Made by a program: the position numbers and the translations under genes
Source of the DNA: the human T2T-CHM13v2.0 reference genome, Homo sapiens
NCBI RefSeq assembly: GCF_009914755.1
Contig: NC_060932.1
Length of the DNA: 64,000 bases
Direction: 5' to 3' (one strand)
The notes under the pieces: model-generated
Seen by the model: the letters and a program-made list of their open reading frames with translations, nothing else
Told to the model about the DNA's origin: nothing
The model's database searches: none
In this document: piece by piece, positions 1-13,750 of the stretch
Numbering within the stretch: the first letter of the stretch is position 1
How the letters are laid out: the number at the start of each line of letters is the position of its first letter

Positions 1-143
1 AACACCCAGCTGATTTTTGTATTTTTAGTAGAGACGAGGTTTCACCATCTTGGCCAGGCTGGTCTTGAACTCCTGACCTTGTGATCCACCCACCTCAGCC
101 TCCCAAAGTGCTAAGATTACAGGGGTGAGCCACTGCGCCCAGC
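1..143 (-). mobile_element. Alu (AluS-type), left arm, cut by window edge
   Basis: Reverse-complement Alu left monomer and linker (tttttgtatttttagtagagac...gtgagccactgcgcccagcc). Confidence 0.95.
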
Positions 144-547
144 CCGTCTGCAACCTCTTTTAGGGCAGCTCCATCCCTTTTGATCTCTCCAAATGCAGGG
201 ACCAATTATCCTTGCACTACACAGAGCTTTTCACCCTGCCTGGAATATAATAGGAACACAATAAATATTTCCCAAGTGAACTACTTGGCACAAAGAAATT
301 TGACTTGTAGTACTTCCTCTGTTATTCACTAGCTTTGTCACTGCAAACCCAAGCCTCTTCACTTGTAAAGGAGAGTTAGCAGGCTAAGTGGCTTTTAGCC
401 ATATTTTTTAACATTAAAACTTTGTTTCCAAATAAAATCTTAAAATGAATACTTTTCTCTCTTAGGGTTCCCTGTTTTTTCAGTATTTCTTGTCTCAGGA
501 ATAAGAGCATAAATTCTTAGAGAGCAGGGGAAAAAAGCAATGTGCTA

Positions 548-973
<426 letters not shown>

Positions 974-1604
974 TCACACAGGGTTGATATGAAGACCAAA
1001 TGATGTAATAATGCATGTTAAGCAAGTACCTCAGTGCTAAAACACACAAAATAAACAAATATTCCCCATTACTCTATATATAAGAGAGCAAGGTCTGTGT
1101 CATCTGCTATCGTGCTCTCAGCATCTTCTAAAGTGCTGGGCATAGAGTGCTTAGTAGTGACATGGGTTCTAAGAAAATCCCTTTATTTATGGAGAGATTA
1201 TATGTAAGTAAAGTTAAAAATGTTTCAATCCACCTTTTTCACATTCTTTTTAACCTTATGAGAAAATGAGCAGCTCTTATGTGGCAAAGGGTAGGGTGAT
1301 TCTGGAAACAGCTTTGAAGGACACATTTCAACCACAATAATAAAGCCCCTCTACTTGGATTGGAAAGCCCCAAAAAGTTGAGATTTAACTCAATGAATGT
1401 GTTTCGATTCAAATCTAAAAGGAAGTTTACACTTGCCGCTGCAAAGGTGTCATCACGTGCTTACCAGCACAATGGAACTCTCTCAGGGAGGAAGCAAAAC
1501 TGCCATTTCTGTGATTCCCCTTGCAATCATACAACAGTGAAGGGCATTCAACAAACTAGGAAGAGAGGACAACTTCCTCTGCCTGATAAAAGGCTTCTAC
1601 AAAA

Positions 1605-2252
1605 AGTCCAGAGCTAACATCATCATATTTAATGGTGAAAGACTGAATGCTTTCCCCTAAGATCAGGAGCAAGACAAAAATGTCTGTTTTTACCACTTCT
1701 AGTCAACTTTGTACTTCCAGCCTGAGGAATTAGGCAAATAAGTAAATAAATGAATGCCATCCAAATTGGGAAGGAAGAAATAAAGCTATCTCCATTCACA
1801 GATCTTGTATATAGAAAATCCTAATGAATCTACCAAAAATAAAAAGTGAAACTAATGAGTTCATGAATGTTGCTTGATATAAGACAAAAATACAAAAATC
1901 AGTTGTATTTTTATACACTAACAATAGACAATCTAAAAGTTAAGAAGAAAATTGCATTTATGGCCGGGCACGGTGGCTCATGCCTGTAATCCCAGCAATT
2001 TGGGAGGCGGAGGTGGGCGGATCACAAGGTCAGGAGATCGGGAGCATCCTGGCTAACACGGTGAAACCCCGTCTCTACTAAAAATACAAAAAAAAAAAAA
2101 AAAATAGCCGGGTGTGGTCGTGGGCACCTGTAGTCCCAGCTACTCAGGAGGCTGAGGCAGGAGAATGGCGTGAACCTGGGAGGCGGAGCTTGCAGTGAGC
2201 CGAGATCGTGCCAATGCACTCCAGCCTGGATAACAGAGCAAGACTCCATCTC

Positions 2253-2286
<34 letters not shown>

Positions 2287-3360
2287 TTGCATTTATAATA
2301 GTCAAAGGTCTAAAATACTTAGAAATAAATTTGACAAAATAAGTGAGATTTGCACACTAACCATTAGAGAGAATCACTGAGATATATTAAAGAAGACCTA
2401 AATTTGGGAAGATCTGCTTTTTCATGATCGGAAGACATTATTGTCAATATGGCAAGAAAGTGAAACGATGACCTACGGGTTGGAAGAAAATATTTACAAA
2501 TCATATAACTGATAATGTTCAAATATCTAGAACATTTAAAGAACACTTACAACTCAGCAATAAAAAGACATATAATCCAATTTTTAAAAAATGATCAATG
2601 GATTAGAATAGACATTTCTCCAAAGAAGATACACAAATGAACAATAAGCAAATGAAAGTTTGTTCAACATCATTAGGAAAATGCAAGTCAAAACTGTGAG
2701 ATACCACTTTACCCCCACTAGGATGCTAAAATTTAAAAGATAGTTAATACAAACTGTTAGGAAGGATGTGGAAACATGAACTGTAAAATGATGCAGTCAC
2801 TTTGGAAAGCAGTTTGGCAGTTTCTTAAAATGTTAAATATAGAGTTACACATATAACTCAAAAGTTCCACTCTTATGTATATACCCAAGAGGAAGTAAAC
2901 ATACATCCACACAAAACTTGAACACAAATGTTCACAGCAGCATTACCAACTGATGAATGGATAAACGAAATGGGGTATATCCATACGGTGAAATATTACT
3001 CAGCAATAAAAAGGAATGAAGCCCTTATATGTGCTTCAGCATCACAAACCTTGAAAACATTACACTGGGTGAAAGAAGCTAGCCACAAAAGCCACATGTT
3101 TTATGATTCCGTTTATATAAAACATCTAGAAGAGGCAAACCCACAGGGGATAAAAGGTCAATTAGCAGTTGTCAGATGATGGGGTATTGACCGATATCGG
3201 GTATGAGTTTTTGTTTTGGAGTGATGAAATGTCCTAAAATTGCATAATGGTGATGTTTGCACGTCTCTGTAAATATATTTAAAACCACTGAAATGTACAG
3301 TTTAAAAGAGTGAATTGTATAATATATAAATTATATCCCAAAAAAGCTATTTTAAAAAAG
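1605..3360 (+). mobile_element. Old L1M (L1MB/ME-like): decayed ORF2 end plus 3' UTR, internally deleted, interrupted by AluY
   Basis: L1 ORF2 RT-region motifs (aatggtgaaagactgaatgctttcccctaagatcagg), gaatagacatttctccaaagaagat, L1M 3' terminus at ~3300-3360; jump at ~2455. Confidence 0.85.
1962..2280 (+). mobile_element. AluY
   Basis: AluY diagnostics (catcctggctaacacggtgaaacccc, ggagaatggcgtgaacc, ggagcttgcagtg); TSD AGAAAATTGCATTTAT at 1946-1961 and 2281-2296. Confidence 0.95.
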
Positions 3361-4855
3361 AACCGAGATTATACCTGCAGAGAAGCAAATTCCAAAGCAT
3401 CTGGATGCACAGAAAAGGAACATTAACCCTGATTTTCAGTTCTCAGGTTCATGCATTCAACGTTGTCCCCAGAGTCAACCCGGTTATCCTCTGAACCTGA
3501 TGATTAACAGGAGGACTGATGCATTTGAGTCATGGTGTGGACTGCTCTTAACGAGCCCCTGTGTGTGTGATGAAACCCTCTGCATCCCCCAGAATTAGAA
3601 GAACTGGGAGTTTGTCAGAGCAACTTGGCCCTCTGCCATATCTCTTTCATCAGGTTTTCTGTTTCATTTTACTTTTAAATAAAACAGCCTAGAAGAGACC
3701 CTAGTTCTTGCGTACACATCTCAAGTATCCTGAAACTTAATGGCAACAAACTGTAAACAGAGTTTGTGGGGCAGTTGTGAGAATTTAAGAACAATAATAC
3801 CTTTCATTTGGAGAATACTTCTTTAAAAAAAAAAAAGCCCTATGAACTAGAGTTAATGTCAGATAGATCAAGGCTCACTCACTCTTCCAACTTTGCAATC
3901 AATAAAACAGAAAGGCTGTCCATAGATATGTCACAGAGCTAAAGGACCTCTGACAGGGAGATCAGGACAGCTCATATGGCAGATGGGCATGTATTATAAT
4001 GGTTAAATTATAGATAGGGGATTTTTAAGTTGATAAAGAGGGGAAGGGCATTGCAAGCAGAGGAAATTCCAGGAGCAAAGTCTCAAAAATTTCAGAAAGG
4101 GAGTAGAGAAAGGAAAAAGCAAACATGTATACATAGTACCACATTTGACATGGAACAGACATTCTTTTAAGTGGTAGCTAGTATTCGGTAATTGTTTGCA
4201 CTTTGCCAGGCAACCTACTGGGGACATTTACATAGTGCATAATTTAATATTTATAAAATCTTCACAGTATTATCATTGTGAATAGATATGAAAACAACTT
4301 CAAATATATCAAACAACTTGCCCAAGTTCAAGTGCCTATTAAGTGGGGGAATCATCTTTTCTCTTGATTTCCCAATAAGAATTACAAAACTGGGAAGACC
4401 TCAAAGGAATGGGAATTTCAACTGTGTGCTGAAAGAAACCTGAGTCTACTAAAGGCAGAGGATCTAGTAAATGTTTGATGAGTCTTGATACTTGATAATG
4501 TTTCCTAATTCAGAAGATAATAGGAGCCACAGATTAACCTTTGTTGTAAGCTGACCTTCTTGTGACCCCCAAAAAGAATAGGTTGCAAATGAAAAAGTGA
4601 CCAGAACCTTGGGCATCCTGGACATGTCATTTCAAAATCCTAAGATCTCAGAGAGAATGCTGGTCATTATCAGACAATTGCCTAAATTTTGGAAACCAGA
4701 GTTTTCCAAATTCAAATAATAGTGGTTCAATACAGATTTAGTAAGCATCCACTGCAGTATTAGCTAATGCTTATTGAAAGCTTACGCTGTGTCAAGTACC
4801 GCTTGATATCAAGGATAGTGAGATGAAAGGTGTGTTTTAATTGGGAGATGGTAAA

Positions 4856-5217
4856 GTATCTTAGTCCATTCATGCTTCTATAAAAAAATACCATAAACTG
4901 GTTGGCTTATATATAACATAAATGTATTTTTCATAGTTCTGGAGGCTGGGAGGTTTACGATCAAGGCACCAGCAGATTCTGTGTCTGGTAAGGACCCCAC
5001 TTCCTCATAGAAAGCTGTCTTCTCACTGTAACCTCACATTATGGAAGGGTAAGGGTCTCTGTGGGGTCTTTTATATAAGAACATTGACCCATTCATGAAG
5101 CCTCTACCCTCATGATTTAATCACCTCCCAAAGTCCCCACCTCCTTATATCATCACCTTGGGAGTTAGGATTTCAACGTATGAATTTGGGAAGGACATAA
5201 ACATTCACATCATAGCA
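4856..5217 (-). mobile_element. MLT1A/A0 solo LTR (MaLR)
   Basis: catagttctggaggctggga...tcaaggcaccagcagattctgtgtctgg...gatttcaacgtatgaatttggg...catagca matches recalled MLT1A reverse complement. Confidence 0.85.
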
Positions 5218-5639
5218 GGAAGTCAGCAGTTTGTTAAGATGCCATATCCTGAGAATTGGCTCCCTCAATCTATTCATCCCACATCCAGGCTGCCTTAGTG
5301 TCCTGCAGATTTTTTGCAGAAATCGTTATAGAAACAGTTTATAGACTCTGCCAACTATGCTCCTGAGATTGTCATTATGCACATGAGATTTGGACAGCAG
5401 AATTGAGATCCCTCTTCCTGTCCCTTTCAGCTGGTTATCTGTGCAAACAAGATCAGAAATGATAGGTTTTCTGCAATATTATTTCAGTATCTATTCTCCA
5501 GCTTCCTAAGCATCAAGAGACACCTGTGGAGGTGACACAGATGGTAGCCTCCTGATTCCTGAATCACAGATGTAAGATATGTTCTTGAACTCAATATTCC
5601 AGTGATAGGTAGCTGCCACATACAATGTACCATGGACTG

Positions 5640-6060
5640 TATCAAAATTCAAAAATATATCAACAGGTTGAAATCAAGAGTTTAAAAAATAAGATCTGAG
5701 CGAGACAGCCAGATCTATCTATCTGGGACAACATTCTTGAAGCAGAATACAAAATTTAGGTATACAACTTTGCACTAGGAGAGACCAGCACTAACAGCAA
5801 TTCTTGTAAAAGAAACCCAGGCATTTGGGTTACCTGCAAGCTCTATAGAAGCCCATGTTTGGCTACCACCCTAAATGACTTCATTTTATCCTAGGCTTCT
5901 TTAATAATGATTCCTGCCCACATCCAGGAGGGGAATGTTTCAGCTGAGCCTAGCCAGACTCCGTCTAGATTGTGTTCACCTCTGGATAGCTCGTTTTAAG
6001 AGGTCACTACAAAACTGGACAGCATTAAGAGAGGCATGACCAGGATGAGGAGAGGTCCTT
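5640..6060 (+). mobile_element. CR1/L3 LINE fragment (ancient)
   Basis: attgtgttcacctctgg...ttttaagagg...caaaactggacagcattaagagaggcatgaccaggatg resembles the CR1/L3 ORF2 C-terminal consensus. Confidence 0.65.
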
Positions 6061-6069
6061 ATCACCCAA

Positions 6070-6660
6070 CCAATTCATTAATTCACTCATTCATTTGTTT
6101 ATTTACTCAGCAAACTTCTATTGAGCACCTAGTATACGTCAAGCATTGAGGATGCAGCCTCTGCCCCAGCAATCCCACATTTTAGTAGGAGAAGAAAATA
6201 ACGTCAAGTAGCTGATAAACGATAAAGAAAAAAGAGCACAAGAGCAAGAAAACAGAGGAGTAACGAGTGGAGCTATTTTCAGTTAGGCAGCAACAAAGAT
6301 CTCTCCAAAGGGATGACATATGAACAGAGACCCGGATGACATGAGGGGGAAGCCAGGTGTCTTGGAAAAAATAGCAGGTGCAAAGGCCCTGAAGTAGGAG
6401 CAGCCCAATGTGCTCAGTGAGGCCAGTGTGGCTGGAGCAGAGTGAGAGACGAGGCAGCAGTAAGAGACAATGTCAAAGAAGTAATTGGGAGCTAGTTTAT
6501 GCAGGACCCAGTTTATGCAGGACCCTACAGGCCATAATGGAGGCTTCATGTTTCATGTTGGATGTAATGAAAAGCCACTGGAGGGATTTAATCAGACAAT
6601 GACATGGTCCAATTTATGTTTCAAAAGTCTCACTCTTACTGCTGTTCAGGAAATGGATAT
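6070..6660 (-). mobile_element. L2 3' region
   Basis: (cattcatt)n tail, ctattgagcacct, caaaggccctga, ggctggagcagagtgag, aagccactggagggattt. Confidence 0.8.
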
Positions 6661-6789
6661 TTAATGAGCACGCTTGTGACTGTGCAGCCTGAACGTGTGG
6701 CGTAGATGAGGGGAGAAGGTGGGTGTGCATTGCCCTTCCTCAAACGTTTGAAAGTTAATGCAAAATGCACAGGCTTTATTATGCATCTC

Positions 6790-7385
6790 TCTATATATTT
6801 TTTATCTCTATATATAATATGTAATATAATAGATTACATATTATTATATATCTATAGAAAATATTATATATTAAATATATTATATATGTATAATATTTTA
6901 TTATATGTTATATTATCTAGAGAGACATATTATATATTATATTATATATTATGTGTTATATATCTATATAACATGTACAGAGATATATAATATTATATAC
7001 AGAGATATAATATATAAGTATCTATATATAATATTAGGTATTCTATATATATTACATGTATTATATATCTAGATATATAACTATTATGTATAGATATAAA
7101 AGATATAGCTATATATCTATATCTATATTATAATACTAATACCAATATTATATAGATGTATCTATATATAATACTTAATATATAATTATATATAGAGATA
7201 TATCTCTGTATAATATTTAATATATAATTATATTATATAGAGAGATATATCTAGATATTAATATCTAGATATATAATATAAAATATTTATAGTATAAATT
7301 TATATTGTTATATTTATAAACTTAATATAAATTTATATTATTATATATAATATGTTATATATTTAATATATATAATAAATATTAG
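6790..7385. repeat. AT-rich (TA)n-derived low-complexity tract
   Basis: ~600 bp almost entirely A/T with tata/tctaga/gagata motifs. Confidence 0.95.
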
Positions 7386-7505
7386 AGTGAGAGAGAGGGT
7401 CTTGCTATGTTGTCCAGACTTGTCTACAACTCCTGGCCTCAAGCAATGTTCCCGCCTCAGCCCCACAAAGTGCTGGAATAACAGGCATGAGCCACCATAC
7501 CCAGG
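7386..7505 (-). mobile_element. FLAM-C-like Alu monomer
   Basis: gagagggtcttgctatgttgtccagacttgtc...ctcctggcctcaagcaat...caggcatgagccacc; single left monomer. Confidence 0.85.
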
Positions 7506-8294
7506 CTCCCATGCATGCTTTTTCTAGGCAAAACTAGAAGTTACAGAGAAGCATATTTTGTCTCATGAAAGAGATAATGAAATAGTTATAAAAAATGAAC
7601 TAACAGTCACTATTCAGCAAAGGCTAGGTGGTGGTAGTCAGGATTTCTTAAAAAGTATCTGAATTCAGAAGCACTTTGGCTATACAACATCTAAGCTTCT
7701 TTCCAACTCTAAGCATCTACTATTTCTCTGTCTTCTTTAAACTCTCTCAGAGAGCTGAGTCCTCTCCCTATAATAACCAAAAAAGAGTTACTCAAATTCA
7801 ATTAAATAATCAGAATTTGGTCTTACTTTTTCCTGGATAAATCAAAAGGAAAGGTAAGGATCTTTATACATACCTTGTTCTTACTATTTCACCTCCTGAA
7901 GGAAACAGAGAGAGAAAGAAAATATTGGTATGCACAATTTAATGTATGCCAAATACACAGAACACTTGTCAAGGGTAAGCTAAGAAAAGAAGAAAGAAAC
8001 ACATTTCACAAAATCCTATGATGGACTTAAGCAAGAGATGAAGCAATGGTTTTTTGGATTGATCAAGAAGACAGACATACGATAAGCTGACCAAGTTGAC
8101 CTGACATTGCCTCTCTGACACGTCTGTGTCTCTCATAATCCTTTGTAAACAGAGAGTCACCGCATATTTGAAATACAATTACCTCAGATTGCCAACAGAG
8201 TATTATGCAAGAGAATGCCGGAAGTTCTGGACCTTATGTTGCCCTGCTAAGCTTCCATTGCTCTTATGAGAGATGCTATACAACTTGTTAATTG

Positions 8295-8700
8295 CTGAAA
8301 ATCTGGACTCTCTGGCTTGTTTAGAATCATGACTTGGATGCTCACTAGCTCTATGGACTTGACTGAGTTAGGAACCCTCTCTGGACCTTCATTTCTTCAT
8401 ATGTAAATGAGAATGCATATAATCCCTTCCTCATAGGGTTGCTGTGGGAATTAAATACAATAATCCATGTAGCACTAATTGCTAATAATAGTAGCCACCA
8501 TATTTCGAAGAACTAAAATGTCACAGATGTTGTACAGAGATTATCTTACTGAATTCTCTCAACAGTCTTACAAAATACATACTGGTTTCTCTTTTTGCAG
8601 GGGCTCACAAAAGTTTAAGTAACTGGCCCAAATTTACATACCTAGCACGGGACAGATTCAGGTCATTCAAATTCAGGTCCGCCCAGCCAGAGCCCAGTTT
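8295..8700. mobile_element. Two MIR fragments (+ then -)
   Basis: MIR core cttcatttcttcatatgtaaatgag...catagggttgctgtgggaattaaat; reverse core aagtaactggcccaaatttacatacctag. Confidence 0.7.
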
Positions 8701-9364
8701 CTAGGTATTTCTTGCAACAGCACACTATGCAATGGGACATTTAGTTTTATTACTATTAAAAGAAACTCCTCCAATCTCTCAAGTGAGGGGCAGTTGAGAA
8801 GTTTTTCCCTAGTCACTTTAAAAGTTCAGAAGCAGAACTGATTCTCTTACGGACAGTTTCTCATTTTGCTCCCAGCTGCAGGTTGGAGCCACTATACCAA
8901 TACTGTCTTTGTGTCATCTGACTGGTGCAGCTGGTTTTGCATGCCTTCTAAGTTTGGGGCTGGGTAAATCCTGATCACAGACTTGTAGCCTATGGCCTCA
9001 TGTAATAAAATATTTTGCAAAAGATGATGTTTTTCTCCTTTTTTCAATCTTCCCTCCCTTTCTGCAGCTATTTCCCTTTCCTCCTAAGAACTGATAAAAA
9101 TTCAGAAACCCTTATTTTTGCAATTAATCTCATGTGACCTTACTATTGACAATGGCCTGGTTGTTTCTCCCAACTACAACACAATTGATGACATGCCAGT
9201 GCTAAGAACAAGGATCACCAACTGACAGAGCTGGGAGCGATCTCTCTGTATTCGTTCCTCTCACGGCACCCACCACATTCTAATCATAATAATGATACTA
9301 AGCGCAGTAACAACTACCATGTACCAAGAGCCTACCATTTGCTGAACATTTAACATAAGATTGA

Positions 9365-9560
9365 CCATTCATTTATTTCCTTGTCCACTTATTTAAACAG
9401 CAGCATACTTTATTGAGAATCTACTATGGCCTAGGCACTGTTCTAGGCACAAGAGTCCAGTAACTAACACAAGAATCCAAGTCCCTGCTCAGAGAGCTTA
9501 CATTTTATTGGATGGAATAAAACAGAAAATATATAAATATATTAGTTGGTAATGGCAGAA
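9365..9560 (-). mobile_element. L2 3' end
   Basis: cattcatttattt...ttattgagaatctacta...ggcactgttctaggca...gtccctgctc...gagcttacatt. Confidence 0.75.
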
Positions 9561-9747
9561 TACAGTTATCTCCTGAATTACACAAATAAGGCAGTTAGAA
9601 TTATCATATTTTATAGGTGAAGAGTTTGAGTAATTTGTGCAGTCACCACATCAGTGATACAGCAGGAATTTGCTATATTCTGATAATAACAGTAATCAAT
9701 ATCACAGCAATGATTATAATAGTTACCATCTATTAAGGTAGTTATAG

Positions 9748-10085
<338 letters not shown>

Positions 10086-11134
10086 CTATAATCTCGTTTT
10101 ATGAGTGAAGAAACCAAGACGCAGAAAGATGAAATAATTTGATCAAGGCCACATAGTCTGTGGTAGAGAAATGATTTAAACCCAGTCTGCATCGTTCAAA
10201 GTCCATGATTTTTACACCATACCATGCCTCCTCTATTGAGTTTGTTCTATTGGAAATTCTTCTTACTAAACTGAAAGTTTCCCAAGAACAGAGATTTCAT
10301 CTCCATCATCTCCCGAAAGTTCTACAATATCTGGCTTAGAAAGTGTTGAACTTTGTATGTCGAAGTCTGCCAATTCTAATTTCCAGTTCTTCTCATCGTC
10401 CCTTAGCAGTGGGCTGCAGCATGTAATTAGCGATGCGGTCAACATGACTTAGTGCTAAAGGACTTTCAAAGTTCACGATGCAATAGCAACATGCTAGCAT
10501 CAGCCTAACCTCTCTGAAATACCCGCATTCCCAACCAGGCTTGTGACCTGGACAGACATGTGTGCCTCTTTATTAGACGTGTGTTTGTCTAGGAATGAAA
10601 GGAATCAACAAGTGGGATGTACATGCCCTGCATTTCAATGAGAGCTGTCATCCTATGGCGTGAAGGGGTCATTGTGATGAATTGGAAGAGTGTGTGGACT
10701 CTTGCTGTCTTGCCCCAACCTCAGGCTAACAATGCTTTTCTCAGCATTCCTCAGCATTGGTGCTCACAGCTGCACAATAGGATTTTGCCTTGTGCATTTA
10801 CACACACAACGTGGCTCATCCATAGTAAATGATTAGAATGGGTGAATGAATGATTTTTTGTCTTGTTGCTGTTCAAGTTCCTTCACGGCAACACAATACA
10901 GTTACATATAGATGCTTGCAGAGGAAGTTTAATGTTTTTGTTAAGATTTAGTGAAAAGTAAACAGTTTTTAAAATAATAACACGTAATATTGATTATGTG
11001 TTTACTATGTGCCAGGTATTGTTTTAAATACTTTATATTTCTTTTTTCAAAAATTGTATTTCAGATTCAGGGGGTCCACGTGCTTGTTTGTTATGTGGAT
11101 ATTGCCTGTGTAATGGTAGGGACTGGGGCTTCTG

Positions 11135-11345
11135 TTTTTGTTGTTCTTTTAGGCAGAGTCTCAGCTCTGTCGCGCAAGCTGGAGTGCAGTGGTGCAATCA
11201 TAGCTAACTTCAGCCTCAAACTCCTGGGCTCAAGGGATCCTCCTGCCTCGGCCTTCTGAGTAGCTAGGACTACAGACATGTGCCACCATGCCAGCTAATT
11301 TTTTAATTTTTTGTAGAGAAGAGGTTTCACTGTATTGCCCAGGCT
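11135..11345 (-). mobile_element. AluJ, 5' truncated, next to a short L1 3'-end fragment (~11040-11130)
   Basis: AluJ right-arm diagnostics (atcatagct, ctcctgggctcaagggatcctcctgcc). Confidence 0.85.
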
Positions 11346-11872
11346 AAAAGCAGACATTTCCTAGAGTCAGGCACATCTAGGTTCAAACCTCAGCACTGCC
11401 ACTTTACTAGCTGGCTAATTTTGGAAAATATAACTCCTCCTATTTCTCCACCTCTGCTTTCAGAGGATCCTCAGTTCTCAGACCAGACAGAGACCTTCCC
11501 TGACCACCTTATCCCCTCCCATTCATCCTTCTCTCCCCTATGCTTATGCCTTGAGCACTTACCCAACTCCTGACATTCTGCACCCCAGGCCACAGGACTA
11601 TAAGCCCCACCAGTGTAGACACCAAGTCTATGTCCCTCCCATTAAGTCCCCAAACCCCAGCACTGTCCCTGGCACACAGGGATGTTCAACTAATATTGCT
11701 TGAACAATTTAACAAAGGAAGAGAATGCCGAAGAAAAGGGAAGGAAAATATAACTGGAGTGTGGAGGGTTGAGGCAGAGGAGAAAAGGGATCAGGCAACT
11801 GCCTGCAGCTTTATTCTCTGTCAGTGGCAGCAGGGTTGCTGGGCCCTTCTACCTCCATCCCTCCCCAACCTA

Positions 11873-12208
<336 letters not shown>

Positions 12209-13439
12209 TTAAGAATTTTCTCACTTCCTAGTGGTACTAATCCCTAACCCTAGAAAAATAACACTATTTTCTTACCCCTGTTCCAAGGCACCCAAAACAT
12301 GCTGGAAAAATTACAAAACCCTGCTGATGTTATCCACACACATTCATGCATTCATGAGGCTTCACTTCAGCAAAGCCTCCAGGCTTCCCTGCCAGGACTT
12401 TGACTACATCATATCCATCCATTGACTAGTTCATGGACAATGTCTTGAGCCTTCCATTCCCATCCCTCTCAGGGAACAACTTTATCTCCTAATCTGGTCA
12501 GATGATCAAGGCCATTCTAATATGCTTAACACACCACACACAGATTTTATTCCTAGTGATTCCATAAGAAAATATGCTTCAAAGGGTGAAGAATATTGGT
12601 GAAAAAACTGATTGCTTTTCTTTCTTTTGCCTAAGGATCAAATTATAGATGGAGGTGTTTCTGAGGAAAATTGCTTGTCTTGTATTAAGAAGGCCATTTT
12701 CTGGCAGCCCTGACTACATTTTTAATCAATCTGGAGTCACTGGGAATGGATATTGGGACTATAAATATCAGGGGTAACAATAATAAGAGGTTCAGGGTCC
12801 AGCAATCACTGGATAAACATCTTATCTCACCACAGGCCTTTTCAAGGCAACCCTGGCTGGCCAAGGGACTAAGAAATGTGGACAGGCCAAAGTATAAGTA
12901 TAAATATAAATATTGAGAAGCTGAAAATGTATCTCTCCTAGCTATCGTCTAAAAAGGAGGGGCCACTGTGCTGTAGAAACTTCCTAGTGGAGATGTTCTA
13001 ACAACCAGCCACAGGAGATGCTTTGGTTAACAACCTTTCCACACTCTTTGTTTTCATTTCCATAGACGTCCTTACTTTGAAAAAACAGTTATTTGAAATT
13101 AAAATAACAAATGTCTTGTGGACCACATGTCAAGTGCTCTTGTAATTTCTTTTCAGACATGATCTCATTTAAACCTGGCAACAATCATGCAAATAGGTAC
13201 TATCATTATCTGTAATTCATAGGGGTAGAAGCTGAGATATAGAGGAATGTATTGGGGGAGCTGGGATGTAAGCAGTGTGGCCCCAGAGCCTGAGCACTTT
13301 ACCACTACACCATACCATCTGTCTTGTCTTTGAAAAGGACAGTATTTAACAAGAAGTCACAAATCAGTTTCCCCTTTGTTTATCAATTTAGGACAAAGGT
13401 AACAAACAACCAGCCCCTCTTGGGTCAGCTTCTGAGCAG

Positions 13440-13567
13440 AAGCTTTGGAATTCAAACAGATCTTAGTTTGAATTCTAAGAACCGTGAGACCTTTCTCAAG
13501 TTTCAGTTTTCCACTTGTTTCATTCTAAAAATGAGAATAACAGTACAGCTTCAATGAGAGTTTTGAG
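13440..13567 (+). mobile_element. MIR, left part (resumes at 15615-15690)
   Basis: ctttggaattcaaacagatct...ttcattctaaaaatgagaataacagtac...gagagttttgag; continues as ...gagataatgcatg after 15615. Confidence 0.7.
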
Positions 13568-13750
13568 CAGTTGTAGGCAAAGTTTCTGTAAAGGACCAGA
13601 AAAGCATTTTAGGTCTTGTGTGCCATCCAGCAATCTCTGTCACAATGACTCAACTTGCTGTTGTAGTGCGAAAGTGGTCATGAACTGTATGGAAACAAAT
13701 TGGGTAGCTATGTTCCATTAAAATTTTATTTACACAAACAGAAGGCAGCC
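13568..13750 (+). mobile_element. MER58A hAT MITE, left part
   Basis: ggcaaagtttctgtaaaggaccag...ctctgtcacaatgactcaac...tgtagtgcgaaag...gttccattaaaattttatttacacaaacag matches recalled MER58A. Confidence 0.85.

Noticed and set aside
6706-6990. Tyr/Ile-rich ORF
   Set aside because: Translation of TA low-complexity DNA.
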